Position numbers and translations under genes: made by a program | Shown here: positions 51,690 through 63,810 of the stretch, in pieces | Position numbering within the stretch: position 1 is the first letter of the stretch | How the letters are laid out: the number at the start of each line of letters is the position of its first letter | Assembly (NCBI RefSeq): GCF_006345805.1 | Contig: NC_042997.1 | Location: forward strand, 17,608,001 to 17,672,000 | DNA from: Octopus sinensis | Taxonomy: Eukaryota | Reading direction: 5' to 3' | DNA: 64,000 bases | Notes under the pieces: model-generated | The model's database searches: none | What the model saw: the letters and a program-made list of their open reading frames with translations, nothing else | Told to the model about the DNA's origin: nothing

Positions 51690-52156
51690 TGCCTCTCCAA
51701 AAGAGAGATGCCATAATATATATCTGGAAGATCCTGGAAGGTCTTGTCCCAGACTTTGGCATCGAGAGTCACACAAATGCCAGAACCGGACGCCACTGCG
51801 TAGTACCAAGGACTCCAAATTTGCCATCAAGATGTAGGACAAGATATTGTGATAGCCTGGGCTTCAGAGGCCCACGGCTCTTCAATATCCTCCCGAAGAA
51901 CCTGAGGGACCTGCATGGTGTAGATGCGGATGTCTTTAAAGTAGGACTGGACCTCTTCCTGTCAGGTGTCCCGGATGAACCAACTTCACGGCAGGAGGTG
52001 CAGATGAGGGCAGCTGCATCGAACTCTCTCATGCATCAGATGGCGTTTGCTAAAAAGCATCCGTGAGGTAAAACCGTGTAGCAAACCAAATGGCGGTGCC
52101 CCAGCATGGCCACAGCTCATTAGCTGAAACTGGAAAAATCAAAATCAAAAATCAAA
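51690..52156 (+). mobile_element. 5'-truncated 3' end of a CR1/L2-group LINE with (AAATCA)n tail
   Basis: IIYIWKILEGLVPDFG..GPRLFNILPKNLRDL..FKVGLDLFLSGVPDEP is a typical CR1/L2-group ORF2 C-terminus, followed by a short 3' UTR and tail. Confidence 0.85.
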
Positions 52157-52184
52157 TATATATATATATATATATATATATCAT

Positions 52185-52520
52185 CATCATCGTTTAACGT
52201 CCATTTACCGTGCTGGCATGGATTGGATGGTTTCACTGAGGATTGGTGAGCAAAGTTTCTACAGCTGGATGTCCTTCCTAACACTAACCACTCTGAGAGA
52301 GTAGTAGTTGCTTTTATGTGTCACTGGCATGAGGGCCAGTCAGGCGGTTCTGGCAACAACCACGCTGAAAAAGTGTTTTTACATGCTACCTGCACAGGAG
52401 CCAGTCCGGCAGCACTAGCAATGACCACACTATGCTGTTTTTCATGTGCTACCAGCCCACGTGCCGGTAAGGCAATACTGGCAACGATCATGCTCGAATG
52501 GTGCTTGATTATTGCCAGCA
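52185..52520 (-). mobile_element. RTEX-like LINE 3' UTR/tail fragment
   Basis: catcatcatcgtttaacgtccatttaccgtgctggcatgg; acagctggatgtccttcctaac. Confidence 0.7.
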
Positions 52521-52548
52521 TCATATACACACACACACAGACATATAT

Positions 52549-52607
<59 letters not shown>

Positions 52608-52640
52608 AATATACTTTATTTTAAGCAGCAGAAAATTCAA

Positions 52641-52690
52641 CAAAATCTGTTACTCTGAGTTTCTCGTTGCCGTTCATCAGACAGTTTTTG
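52641..52690 (-). ncRNA. Type I minimal hammerhead ribozyme (inverted pLTR copy)
   Basis: Reverse complement of 54513-54562. Confidence 0.8.
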
Positions 52691-54512
52691 CTAGAATGGA
52701 ACCGATATATCAATTCAATCTAGACTCTTACAAACGCTACACCTTTAAAAAGAAATGGACTTGTTTGATTGGCCCTTTAGAAAAAAATAAAAAGGTCAAT
52801 CTTCGAGCGATAAACATAAAGGTCAAAAATATATGTATATATATATAAAAACTTATAAAAAATTATAAAATCCGAGGAAAAAACCTTACATTGAATAAAA
52901 TACATATGACGTTAATGAAGAAAGTATAAATTAATTCATAGGAATTAAACCTGTTATAAATATTACACTGCAATACATATTTTTATTAAAATGTGCATAT
53001 ATATATCAACATACACAAAAGGATGCGCGCCAACGCCATACATATACAGACGTATGAATATAAATCTAAATATACACATAAATGCATGTGTACATATATT
53101 CACGCAAACCATCTCGCATGCAAGTTAAAAATCATGTATGTAGCGATTCTCATATACTGAGTAAGGGGGGGGACGAAAGAAAGGAAGAGAAATTATTTTT
53201 GTATGCTCCATGCCTGTATGGTGCCTTCTGGAGCATTCTGGACAGGGCGGCACCATACAGGCATGGGGCATACAAAAATAATTTCAAGTGCAAACTTTGT
53301 CTATTAGAAAAAATGTACATCTTATTCAAAGACAATAATTCTTTGAATCAAAGAAGTGAGCTAATGAACTTATGTAGGCACGCGGCTAAATTTAAAATGT
53401 CGAATATAAATATACCATATGGATAGAGTATATATTTTGTATTTTTGATTTTTGAAATTTTGATTTTGACTCTTGAACGATGAGCACTACGATGGATTTT
53501 GTTTCCAAGCTATGCGGATCTTAATCCGTATAGCAAAGTCTTATGTTTCTACATATACATCAGGAAAAACCTTCGACCCTGTTTTCAGGTTATTGTATTG
53601 TATAGGATTACCTTGATTATTTATATTACCTTGATTATTTATAAATGATCCAAAATAGGGTGTTATATTTTATTTTATATGTCTTTCGTATATATTTTTA
53701 TTAATGCACCCATTCTTTTAAAAAAAAGCAATGTTGACAAAATTAGAATGTTGATGTAAGTATGTGTATAGCCGAGGATATGTATTTGTAAGCATGCGTA
53801 TCTGTGTATGTGTAAGTGAGAGTATGTTTGTGCTTAAGCACACATATACACGACTGTATGTGTATGTATCCATTCGAACTTGTTTGTATACTTGTCTCCA
53901 TATATGCCAATAATGCCGTTACACAGATTGTATACATGATTTTTTTCTTTTTCTTATTTCGTTTTTTCCCCACCCCTCCTTCGTTCCTTTTTCTCTCTCT
54001 TCCTTTCTTTCGTTTCCCCCCCCCTTACTCAGTATATGAGAATCGCTACATACATGATTTTTAACTTGCGTGCGAGATGGTTTGCGTGAATATATGTACA
54101 CATGCATTTATGTGTATATTTAGATTTATATTCATACGTCTGTATATGTATGGCGTTGGCGCGCATCCTTTTGTGTATGTTGATATATATATGCACATTT
54201 TAATAAAAATATGTATTGCAGTGTAATATTTATAACAGGTTTAATTCCTATGAATTAATTTATACTTTCTTCATTAACGTCATATGTATTTTATTCAATG
54301 TAAGGTTTTTTCCTCGGATTTTATAATTTTTTATAAGTTTTTATATATATATACATATATTTTTGACCTTTTTGTTTATCGCTCGAAGATTGACCGTTTA
54401 TTTTTTATCTATTTATTTTTTTCTAAAGGGCCAATCAAACAAGTCCATTTCTTTTTAAAGGTGTAGCGTTTGTAAGAGTCTAGATTGAATTGATATATCG
54501 GTTCCATTCTAG

Positions 54513-54562
54513 CAAAAACTGTCTGATGAACGGCAACGAGAAACTCAGAGTAACAGATTTTG
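54513..54562 (+). ncRNA. Type I minimal hammerhead ribozyme (sense pLTR)
   Basis: caaaaactgt CTGATGA a cg(gcaa)cg a GAAA ctc a gag TA acagattttg. Confidence 0.8.
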
Positions 54563-55225
54563 TTGAATTTTATGCTGCTTAAAATAAAGCATATTACTCT
54601 ACCACTGGTATTTGAGTACTCTTTTTTCCACCTTGTTTCACATTTATGTGTTTACTCCGGTATATATAAATATATATATATGAGTTTCCCCTGCAGATGC
54701 ACAAGGTTATCACGTAAAGACACTGTACATCAACAGAAAAAACTCAGAGTAGCAAGAGACTGACTTGATCAATAAGGAAAAAATATTTATTATTCATTTG
54801 TATTACAACTTATAAACAACAGTATCATTGGTTATAAGTTTTCAATGATGGACTGTTTTAGTGTGTTTTTGACAGAGTGTCAGGTCAAATTCATACATGT
54901 ATACATACAACAAACAGGCTACCATATAGTTTCCATATGCCAAATTTTTCTCACATAGTACTGGTCAACTCAAGGCCATAATAAAATACAAACAAAGAGC
55001 TGTGCAGAGAAATCAGTTTCAGAAACATGTTGCTGCAAAGCAAAATTCTTAACCTTGCAATTATGCCAGGCCACATTTCATTGGGAACCATGATTCTTTC
55101 TATCAAATGGTCATTACTACTTTTTGTCTAAAAATGTTTACTTATGTTACAAGTGGATATCTAGGGATTATGACTTGCAGACCAGCCATTCTTGGTAACT
55201 TAATATCAAGATAAGATCCTGTGTT

Positions 55226-55430
55226 TAACCATTTAACATTTATACCGACCCTATCCAGCCCAAATATTCTGTTTATGTTCATATTAGCCAGATTTTGCTT
55301 CTTACACTTATCCTATGATAAAATAAACAATCACAGCATTGGAACCTCAAATCACAAGATGATTAATTCAAAACAAAGTGAATGAATAAACATAACCTAT
55401 GACAGAATAATCTGAATGTTAAAGGTTTAA
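55226..55430. mobile_element. Probable TTAA-flanked MITE
   Basis: ttaaccatttaacatt ... aatgttaaaggtttaa imperfect TIRs. Confidence 0.45.
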
Positions 55431-55448
55431 TCGGGAGATGAGGCAAAT

Positions 55449-55670
55449 TACTCTGTTACTCTTTACTCTTTTACTTGTTTCAGTCATTTGACCGTGGCCA
55501 TGCTGGAGTACCGCTTTTAGTCGAGCAAATCGACCCCAGGACTTATTCTTTGTAAGCCTAGTACTTATTCTATCGGTCTCTTTTGCTGAACTGCTAAGTT
55601 ACGGGGACGTAAACACACCAGCATCGGTTATCAAGCGATGTTGGGGGGGAACAAACACAGACACTCAAAG
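55449..55670 (-). mobile_element. SINE 3' portion with (GTAAAAGA)n tail
   Basis: tactcttttacttgtttcagtcatttgaccgtggccatgctggagtaccgc...; same family as 32810 and 50168. Confidence 0.8.
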
Positions 55671-55674
55671 ATAT

Positions 55675-55746
<72 letters not shown>

Positions 55747-55749
<3 letters not shown>

Positions 55750-57330
55750 TAAAAAATGGAGTTAACGCAGGTTTAAACAAGTATTTTTACTTTCTACACA
55801 TGTTTCGAAAATTCCACTGATACTATTCAAAAGAATAAATGGTATAAACAATGCAATCTTCTCTTCGGGAAAGGGAAAAAAACGAAACTCGTCAATACGA
55901 CATTTTAGCAAAAAATGATGGATTTGTATAGTGATAGACAGAACACTATTAATATTGTTTAAAAAAACGTTATATGATATAACGTCATAAGCAGCTAACA
56001 GAAAGAGTAGGGATATTAATAGTGAATGTTAAATATAAAGGAAATTAAAGTTTAAATTCTATATAATGATAGAGACTACTTATATGCACTAAATGTATGT
56101 TTCTGCCAATGCTTACATCTGTATGCTCATTCTATAACCGTGTTTACTAGAGTATTTTTAGAAAAAATAATGAAAAATAGCTCAGAATTGCAGAGAAGAC
56201 AGAATTTCTTGCCTTTGTCATATGGTATCGAAATTGAGAGGATCAACCATTCTAAATGAAATTGTTCATTGTGGTCTTTTAAATCCCAAATCAGTTTGCT
56301 GAGACCGGTACTATTCCGTTTATTTCTATCCCTAAATGTTGAGTAATGGATAGAAATTCTTTTAGATAACTCTAACGATGTGCTTCCAATGTAAAATCGT
56401 ACTTTATTACGAGTACTGATTATACACTGGTATATAGAATTTTTAATCTTAGAGTTACTTGACATAAATTTAATTCTATTGGAATTGACTTCAGATACAA
56501 TAACCTTGTTATTAATATTTCTAGAGGGTTGGATGGTATTAGCTAAATTAATGTTAGTATTAGTAAATGTATTAATATTTAACAGTTTGTTATTATGAGA
56601 GGATATAATTTGCAAGAGATTTTTTGTGTTTGAAAAACCTATCCTAACCTTATGTGAATTAATTATAGAGTAATATCTAGAATTGTTTGGAAAATTCCTA
56701 GCAATAGCTTGACGAAACAGCAGTGGGAGATTAGATTTAATTTGTCTCCCGTAAGGAATTATTAACCAAATATTTTTACTAGTATTCATAGCGTAATTAC
56801 TTTTGAAGGTGTTATATTTACTTTTAGATCGATAATAGGGGATTAAATAAGGGTTATCTGCCTTCATTCGCTTTGTATCGGTGCGTAAGTTATGTTTGTT
56901 ATCAATAATTCTTTTACTACTAGAAATCTTATCTACATTATTGAATTTACAATTAGACTGAGCAGAATCAATGTAGAAAATTTTTTCTGTATAACCTGCT
57001 TTGATTAAGGCAGAGTTATAGAATTCAGCGTTATTATTGAAAATATCAACATTAGCAGATAATTTAGATAATCTAAATGAAATATTCTTAACTAAATTCT
57101 TGGTAATTGCTCCAGGATGATTACTAAATTTGCTAATGTACTTAAGATTGGTCAACGGTTTATGATATGGGAAGTAAGAGTCACTGTGTAAATTAAGCGT
57201 AATATCTAAAAAGTTGGCCTTCGTCAGATCGTCATCAAAAACGATTTTTAAGCCCATTCTACTGAAAAAATTAACTAAACTATTCTTAACCCTTTGTACC
57301 TTTTGGTTGGAAACATTTTGGAGGTAAAGT
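55747..57330 (-). mobile_element. 5'-truncated PLE (RT thumb + Asn-rich linker + GIY-YIG + 3' UTR with hammerhead)
   Basis: ORF 56127-57330: NFLDITLNL..YHKP..YISKFSNHP..RLSKLS..YNSALIKAGY and IYQC..FYIGST..RISIH..STGLSKLIW..CLLCNSE. Both ends lie in (TA)n. Confidence 0.9.
55790..55873 (-). ncRNA. Type I hammerhead ribozyme with long stem II (core CCGAAGA)
   Basis: ctttc CCGAAGA gaagatt..cattg..cagtg..aattttc GAAA ca tg tg TA gaaag. Confidence 0.7.
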
Positions 57331-57409
57331 ATATAAATATATATATACATACATATATACAACGGGCTTCTTTCAGTTTCTGTCTACCAAATCCACTCAC
57401 AAGGCTTTC

Positions 57410-57830
57410 CTTAGAAAAGCAGATTGTGTCGTTCGCAAGAAGAGACTCAATAGATCGCAGTGTGGTAGCTGCTCTACTAAGCATGTCACTCCGAATGGCA
57501 AGTTGAGCCGTATGCAAGTGATCCTTTTTGTCTCGATCTCATCAAACAAGTTAGGGGTGACATTGACGATGACGATGACGGAGGGACTGCCGCTGCTGAT
57601 GTCCCAAAATGGCAATTCCACTGGCGATGCTGCTGCTCATCATGTGAGCGCGACGGGTGGATGGTGAACGCTAAGCTAAGGCATGTGCCTTGAGGTTGAG
57701 ACACTTTTGGAAAATAACTCGGGTCTGGCCACCGTTCCGGCTTAGAGGTGTTCAGCCGTTATCACTCAGAGGCAGCCTGGCACCACCAATCCATTGAGCG
57801 AGAGCGCAAACTGTTGCTCTGATCAATAGT
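57410..57830. other. Unclassified GC-rich island fused to a truncated SINE fragment (57360-57410)
   Basis: Composition shift relative to the flanks; 70 stop-free codons at 57481-57693 (+). No family recognised. Confidence 0.4.
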
Positions 57831-60800
57831 TTTGTTTTTATTTCTTAACGAAGAGCAATACTTATGATCCACTGTAGGTACCCAAGAATCAGTGGTGATG
57901 TTAAACTAAACAGTGTGTCAATTCTACTGCCCAGTGTGAAATAATAACTGTGAAAAATAATTATGAGAACTTTTGCAGAAATTGACACAAGATATATGCC
58001 TCTGGCCTGATTAGTGCTATTAAATCAATAGTAACCCCTTTGACCAATGTGATACATGATAGAATTGACTTTAAACTTTCACTTTTAGAATTTCATGAGA
58101 TGCCAATCTATAATAAGAAACCTGACTTTCACTTCAGAGTCAAAATTTTATTCAGTCACGAGTAGCTACTTATTCTACATACATGACTTGAATATGCTTT
58201 ACTATGCACTGTCATTTAAAGTAATGTGCTTACTAAGGAGCCTATACAGAATCACTGTCTCTGCTAGAAATAGCAGAAAATATCATTCAACTCACAGCCT
58301 ACAACCTTAGAAATAGAAGTATGCCTTCATAATATAATCCTAGATATACCATCCCTGAAGTAAAGATGCGATGGTCATCACTGGAATTCCTTTGATCATG
58401 TTTATTTGATTAGTACTGACCTGAGATTACAGGTTGAAGAATTTTGATGATACTGAGTACTGGAGTGTTGCAATAAACTTACAGCAGGCGGTGAACTTAG
58501 AACTGTCAACAGAGAAACTACTTCCCAGTTTTCAAGTGCTGCTGCTTAGAGTTGATCTTTCTTATCAGCTGGCACTAGCTTTCCTCCAGTGGGCTGGGTT
58601 ATATGAGAGTTAAATGTTCTGGCACATACATAATGTATTGCTGATGATATAATGCGAACTGCTAATCTATAAATTGTATCAAAATAACAAATGCAACAAC
58701 TTTAGGTGTTACTGAGGTGGAATACTTCATTGCTATTCACATATTTCTTTCAACAAATCAATATCATCATTTGGATCATGTGGAATGTCTGAAATGACAA
58801 TTTGATACTTCTGTTTATTTATGAATTGCATTTGCTGTTGGGATTAGCTTAATGGATGCATCCATAATCACTTTTGCTGATCTCAGCAAAATTTATTTGC
58901 TACACTCTGGTGTCATAATTTGTACATATACCATAAGATGTTTTAGTGCTAACTCAGAATAAGGATTCATGTCTGCTTAATAACCCTGGCACAGTTTTAT
59001 CTGCATAGGATATTGGTTGTGAAGCAAAATCTTTACATTCCTTCATGATTAAAATGGGTTTTCCTTTTGCTTCAAATCTTTTCCTAGTATTTCATTTTAT
59101 TATCTTTTTTATTTGGTTGAACCAGTTTCCTTCATGTATTACAACAGACACATAAATTAACTATTTGATCCTGTTTATGTCAATGGTAGCTTAGCTTTCA
59201 AAATGTCCTTAATGGCTTGCTTGCAGTTGATTAATTTTGTCATCAGTTTTTCACTGGAATTTCTGTTTGAGAAGATTTACTGTTGATCAATAAGCATGTC
59301 TTTTAAAGTTATCTGGTTGTTTCTTTATTTTCTCTCTTAGTTGTTTTGTATATTTCATTGTAATATCATTTCTGTCAATATTAGAGTCACTGTTGTTTAG
59401 AGTTTGTTTCTCAGTGTACTTGCGTGTACTTATTGAATTTATTAAACATTTTTGGTTGTGTTTTTTTAGCTCCAATATTTATGCTTTCAACATTTTTGTT
59501 TTATTGTTTACAGTTACTGTTTTTTTTATAACTGCTTGTTATATGTATTTGTAATATTTTAGCTTTTAAATTATGTAATGTCTTTTATGTTTTAAAATGT
59601 ACCACCAGTGATTAATTTGTTTGAAACTATATGTATTTTTTTATATGAGTGTTTTTTTTCTCCACAAGGTATATGTTTTGATGTATTTTTGTGAACTGTG
59701 GATGTAATATTTCTCGTGAGACAATTTTTATTGTTATTTTTAAAAAAATTAAAGGGTAAAATTCATGCTACTGTTTAAGTTGTACAATTTTCCTTATACA
59801 TCAGTTCAGAGCTGTGCTACAATGTTCTGCTTCCATCACCAGAATTTTCATAATTTTCACATTTCTATTTTAAATTGATCCTGTGAGAAATATTAATTAA
59901 AAGAAAAAATTATTTGATCATTTCTTCTTGGGTTATGTGTCAGATATATGTAGTGTTGAGATGCATAATTTATAAAGTTTTCAATGGAGAGTATGTGCAG
60001 CGCCTACACAAAATTTGTAATATATGTAATTGTATGATATATGTTTGCTTTGGTTAAAGATATCTTTATTGAAAGTATTTTTCTGGCAAAAAAATGTTTA
60101 TACATGACAAAATTTAGACCTGGGTCAGTGCTAAACAAACAAACCTATGATCAAAACTATTCCAAAAGCAACCCTCTTAAGTTTTCTTAATATCAGGAAC
60201 TACATCATTCATTAGGCCTTTATTCTTTTTTTAAGACAGAAAGGTCTGGTAAGTGAAATTTGTCTCCCATCTCTTGGTCTGCAATATGTACAGTCAGCTT
60301 AGCTATGACACATATACAAGGATCTGGTTACAAGAAGCTGAATGCATCATATATATAACATGAGAAAGCTGTCGGAACAGTAGAAGCAGCAAGAAGGACA
60401 CTTGATAGTTTTTCCGTTTCAAAACAGAAAAGGTGAGTTATCTGAGATAAGCTGCATGCATTAAATCATGAAGGCATTATAGCCACTCTATCAGCCCAGT
60501 GGGCAGTGGTTTGTCAATGCAATCAATCCATGACATTGTGTAACAAAATTTTATTTTTTTTGTCTTTGGTCAATAAGTGTTATTTCCTATTTGTTTTTAT
60601 CTAGAAATCAAAGGAAATGATTACTATTCCTTTCAAACTTTGCTTTTGTGACTTGGATATCAATGTTTTGAAACTGACCTAATTTCCATTACATTTCAGA
60701 TAGATTCAACACTGAGTCGCTGAAGTAGAAATATCATTAAAGCAAATATTCTGCTCAATACCACAGATTTGCTTGTAATTTGCTTGACGTTAACCATTTT

Positions 60801-62099
60801 AGCATGTCCCTTAGTGACTGACTATATGTGCATCTCTGATCAGGGGTAGGAGTAGTGGAGGAGCATCATAACCATGTATTGAGAGGAATTCTTTTAGGGT
60901 TTGAATAAATGTAGCAAAAGCAAAGTTTGAAGGAAATATTAACCCTTTTCCATACTTTCTAGGGGTAAGCAAATAGGAAATTTGCTATCAAAGGACTAAA
61001 ATTACATTACACAGTGGGCTGATAACAGTGAATTTAGTGTTCAACACTAGATGGATATATGCATATTTTAATAGCACATTGTCAAATAGGGCAGACACAA
61101 TACAGGGTATGTCAGTTTTTTGAGAACACCTCTTTCAAGAGCTCTAACTTTCTCCTAACTTATTCTCTAACCTTAAAGTGTGGGTGGGATGACTACACAA
61201 ATTCTGAATAACGTTAAAAAAATAGAAAAAAATCTCAGTAATGACGGGAGCAGGGGATGTCCCATCTCAAAATAGAAAATAGAGGACATGATTTGGTGGG
61301 TCAGGAAAGATAAGGGGTATATATGGCATTATGACCCATCAAATGATTTGGTGTAAAACATTTCAAATTTTGCCAGTAATATGCATGATCATAAAACTAG
61401 AGCACAAGGTATTTAAATATTTTCAACTGAATTTTTCAGTTAGAGTAAAGAAGTTGATGGTTAGAAGAAACTGGAGAAAAGAATTATTAAAGAAGATACA
61501 TCATGCAGGGCTAGGAAAAAGATGGGTAATTCTCATAAAAGAGATGAAGTTGGGGTGGGAGTATATGTTGTAGAGCTGGGATAAGGGGAGCACATTGTAG
61601 GACTGGTAGAAGGTGAAACATTATAGGGCTAAGAGAAAGGACTGGACAAAGGCCCTGAATATTCTGGTATTGGCTCTGTTTCCAACCTGTTTGGGAAGAG
61701 CAATAGACTGAACTCAAGAAGAGAATGATGGTCTTTAACACATCATGAAGGAAATGGTTGAAAGCCTGAAAATTCAAGTCTAGTTTAGAGCCTTCAGCAA
61801 TGATAGCATGCACCACTATTAACAAAAATGATAACAACAAAATTTTTGTCTCTTTCATGAGAACTACCAGTAGATTTGACCAGATCACTCTAGAAAATTG
61901 GGATGCAGACCCAGATAAAATCCGTTCCTGCTATGAAGGAACATATTGATAAGAAACCCCACGCAGGTTTGGTTCCATTAATAGCTGAACAATATCTGTG
62001 TTTCTGACTCTTGTTTCAAGTTACCATCTATTAATCAGAGCCAGCAATCTTTACTTCCAACATTCTCAATTTACTGTATGAATTGGCAATGCAGTTCCA

Positions 62100-62134
62100 T
62101 TATTGTTGTTGTTATTGTTGTTGTTGTTATTATA

Positions 62135-62206
<72 letters not shown>

Positions 62207-62385
62207 GCGCTAGTGCATGCTAATTTAGTTAGCAGTTATTTTATCTTGAGATATGGTGACAACAAGTTCCTAAAATCTCAACAACTTTTCTTAGGATTTT
62301 TGCAGAATATAGGAGGGTCTTCTTTTGCAGGTTTTCCTTCTAATTTCTTTTAGTCTTTTAGGTAGCATTTAAGAAACTGGAATTA

Positions 62386-62438
<53 letters not shown>

Positions 62439-62440
62439 TT
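62100..62440. repeat. Two (ATT)n microsatellites (about 62130-62205 and 62385-62440)
   Basis: Directly visible. Confidence 0.95.
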
Positions 62441-63429
62441 TATCATAGAATTGTGTTAACATCATTATTTATCAAACACATAATGAAATTTCCCTCCTTC
62501 ATCCTTTTGAAGGTGATAGAATGAAGTACCAGTCAGATGCTTGGATTGATATATTTGCCCGTACTGTTCCATCTGAATATGTTCTCTTGTGCCTCTGTTA
62601 AGAATCCTTATTAGTATAATAGATGGTAGAAAAGGTAGATCATAAAAAAATGCCCCGTGGTATTAAGTTTCTTCTGTTTCCATCTTAAGTTCAAATCCCA
62701 TTGTGATAAGCTTTGCTTTTCATCCTTCCAGTTTCAATAAAAACACAAGTTGTTCTCTCAGTATTCATTTGACTACATCTCTTCCAAAGTTTGTGGCCTT
62801 GTGCCAACGTGTGAAATCCTTGTTTATTTTTATTACTATTGTTGTAGATGTTAGTGTTGTTCTTGATATTGATATCTTGTTATTTCTTCCATTCAAGCTT
62901 AATACCTATTGATAGAAAAGATAAAAAAAAAGCCTTTGGATTTCAAAGTTGTATGTTGAAGTAAATTAATGAGAACCTCTCTCAAGTGCTTCAAAGCATC
63001 ACATTTCATTTGTTGTGAAGTGTTTCAGTTCAAATAGAAACAGTGAAAGTATTGCCTTCAGTTATCATTTAAACAGGTTTTCTTCAATAAACTTACAATT
63101 ATTGGATAGAAGAGAGATAAATTAAGTGTTTGGCTCACTTCCCATCAGATGTAGTTTCTATTTACTGTATGTGACACATCTGTTATTAACATCCAATTAT
63201 GGTGACAAAAACACTATGTCTTCACTTACAAAGGTTTTTCTATGTTATTATTACACACTCACATACAACTGTAAGTATGTCTCTTAATAGAGCTTTCTTC
63301 AAAATAATCATTACAACTGTTTACATTTTATTTTTATATTTTACTTTTTTATTTCTATTCTTTTACTTTCACAAACATTTTATAGACCCATTGAATTTCA
63401 TATTGTCCCACTTTCCTCCACCTTGCTTA

Positions 63430-63638
63430 TACATATATATATATATATATATTTACATATATACATATAGATATATTTACATATATACACACACATATAT
63501 ATATATATATACATATATATATTTACATATATTCATACACACACATATATATATATATACATATATGTATGTATATATATATGTATATATGTATGCATGT
63601 ATACATACATACATATATATATATATCTGTATCATATC

Positions 63639-63680
<42 letters not shown>

Positions 63681-63724
63681 TGTATATATTTATATATATA
63701 TATATATAATATATATATACATAT

Positions 63725-63768
<44 letters not shown>

Positions 63769-63810
63769 GTATATATATATATGTACATATATTTGTATAT
63801 ATTAAAAATA
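63430..63810. repeat. Long (TA)n-rich compound microsatellite
   Basis: Directly visible. Confidence 0.95.

Larger units (their letters stand above)
52608..54660 (+). mobile_element. Severely 5'-truncated PLE (GIY-YIG C-terminus + 3' UTR/pLTR) preceded by an inverted pLTR
   Basis: Arms 52608-53190 and 53996-54595 are reverse complements. 53229-53426 encodes WSILDRAAPY..CKLCLLEK..LNQRSELMNLCRH..KF. Both ends lie in TA-rich repeats. Confidence 0.88.

Noticed and set aside
51142-51796. 206-aa repetitive ORF, or a CRISPR-like array
   Set aside because: The ORFs are translations of the 22-bp satellite. The units are contiguous with no unique spacers and no cas genes, so this is not CRISPR.
53470-53540. 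11-bp hairpin (53509-53534) after the GIY-YIG stop as a SECIS element
   Set aside because: The hairpin is real, but it lacks the AUGA/GA quartet geometry and apical AA, and the upstream ORF remnant has no in-frame TGA.
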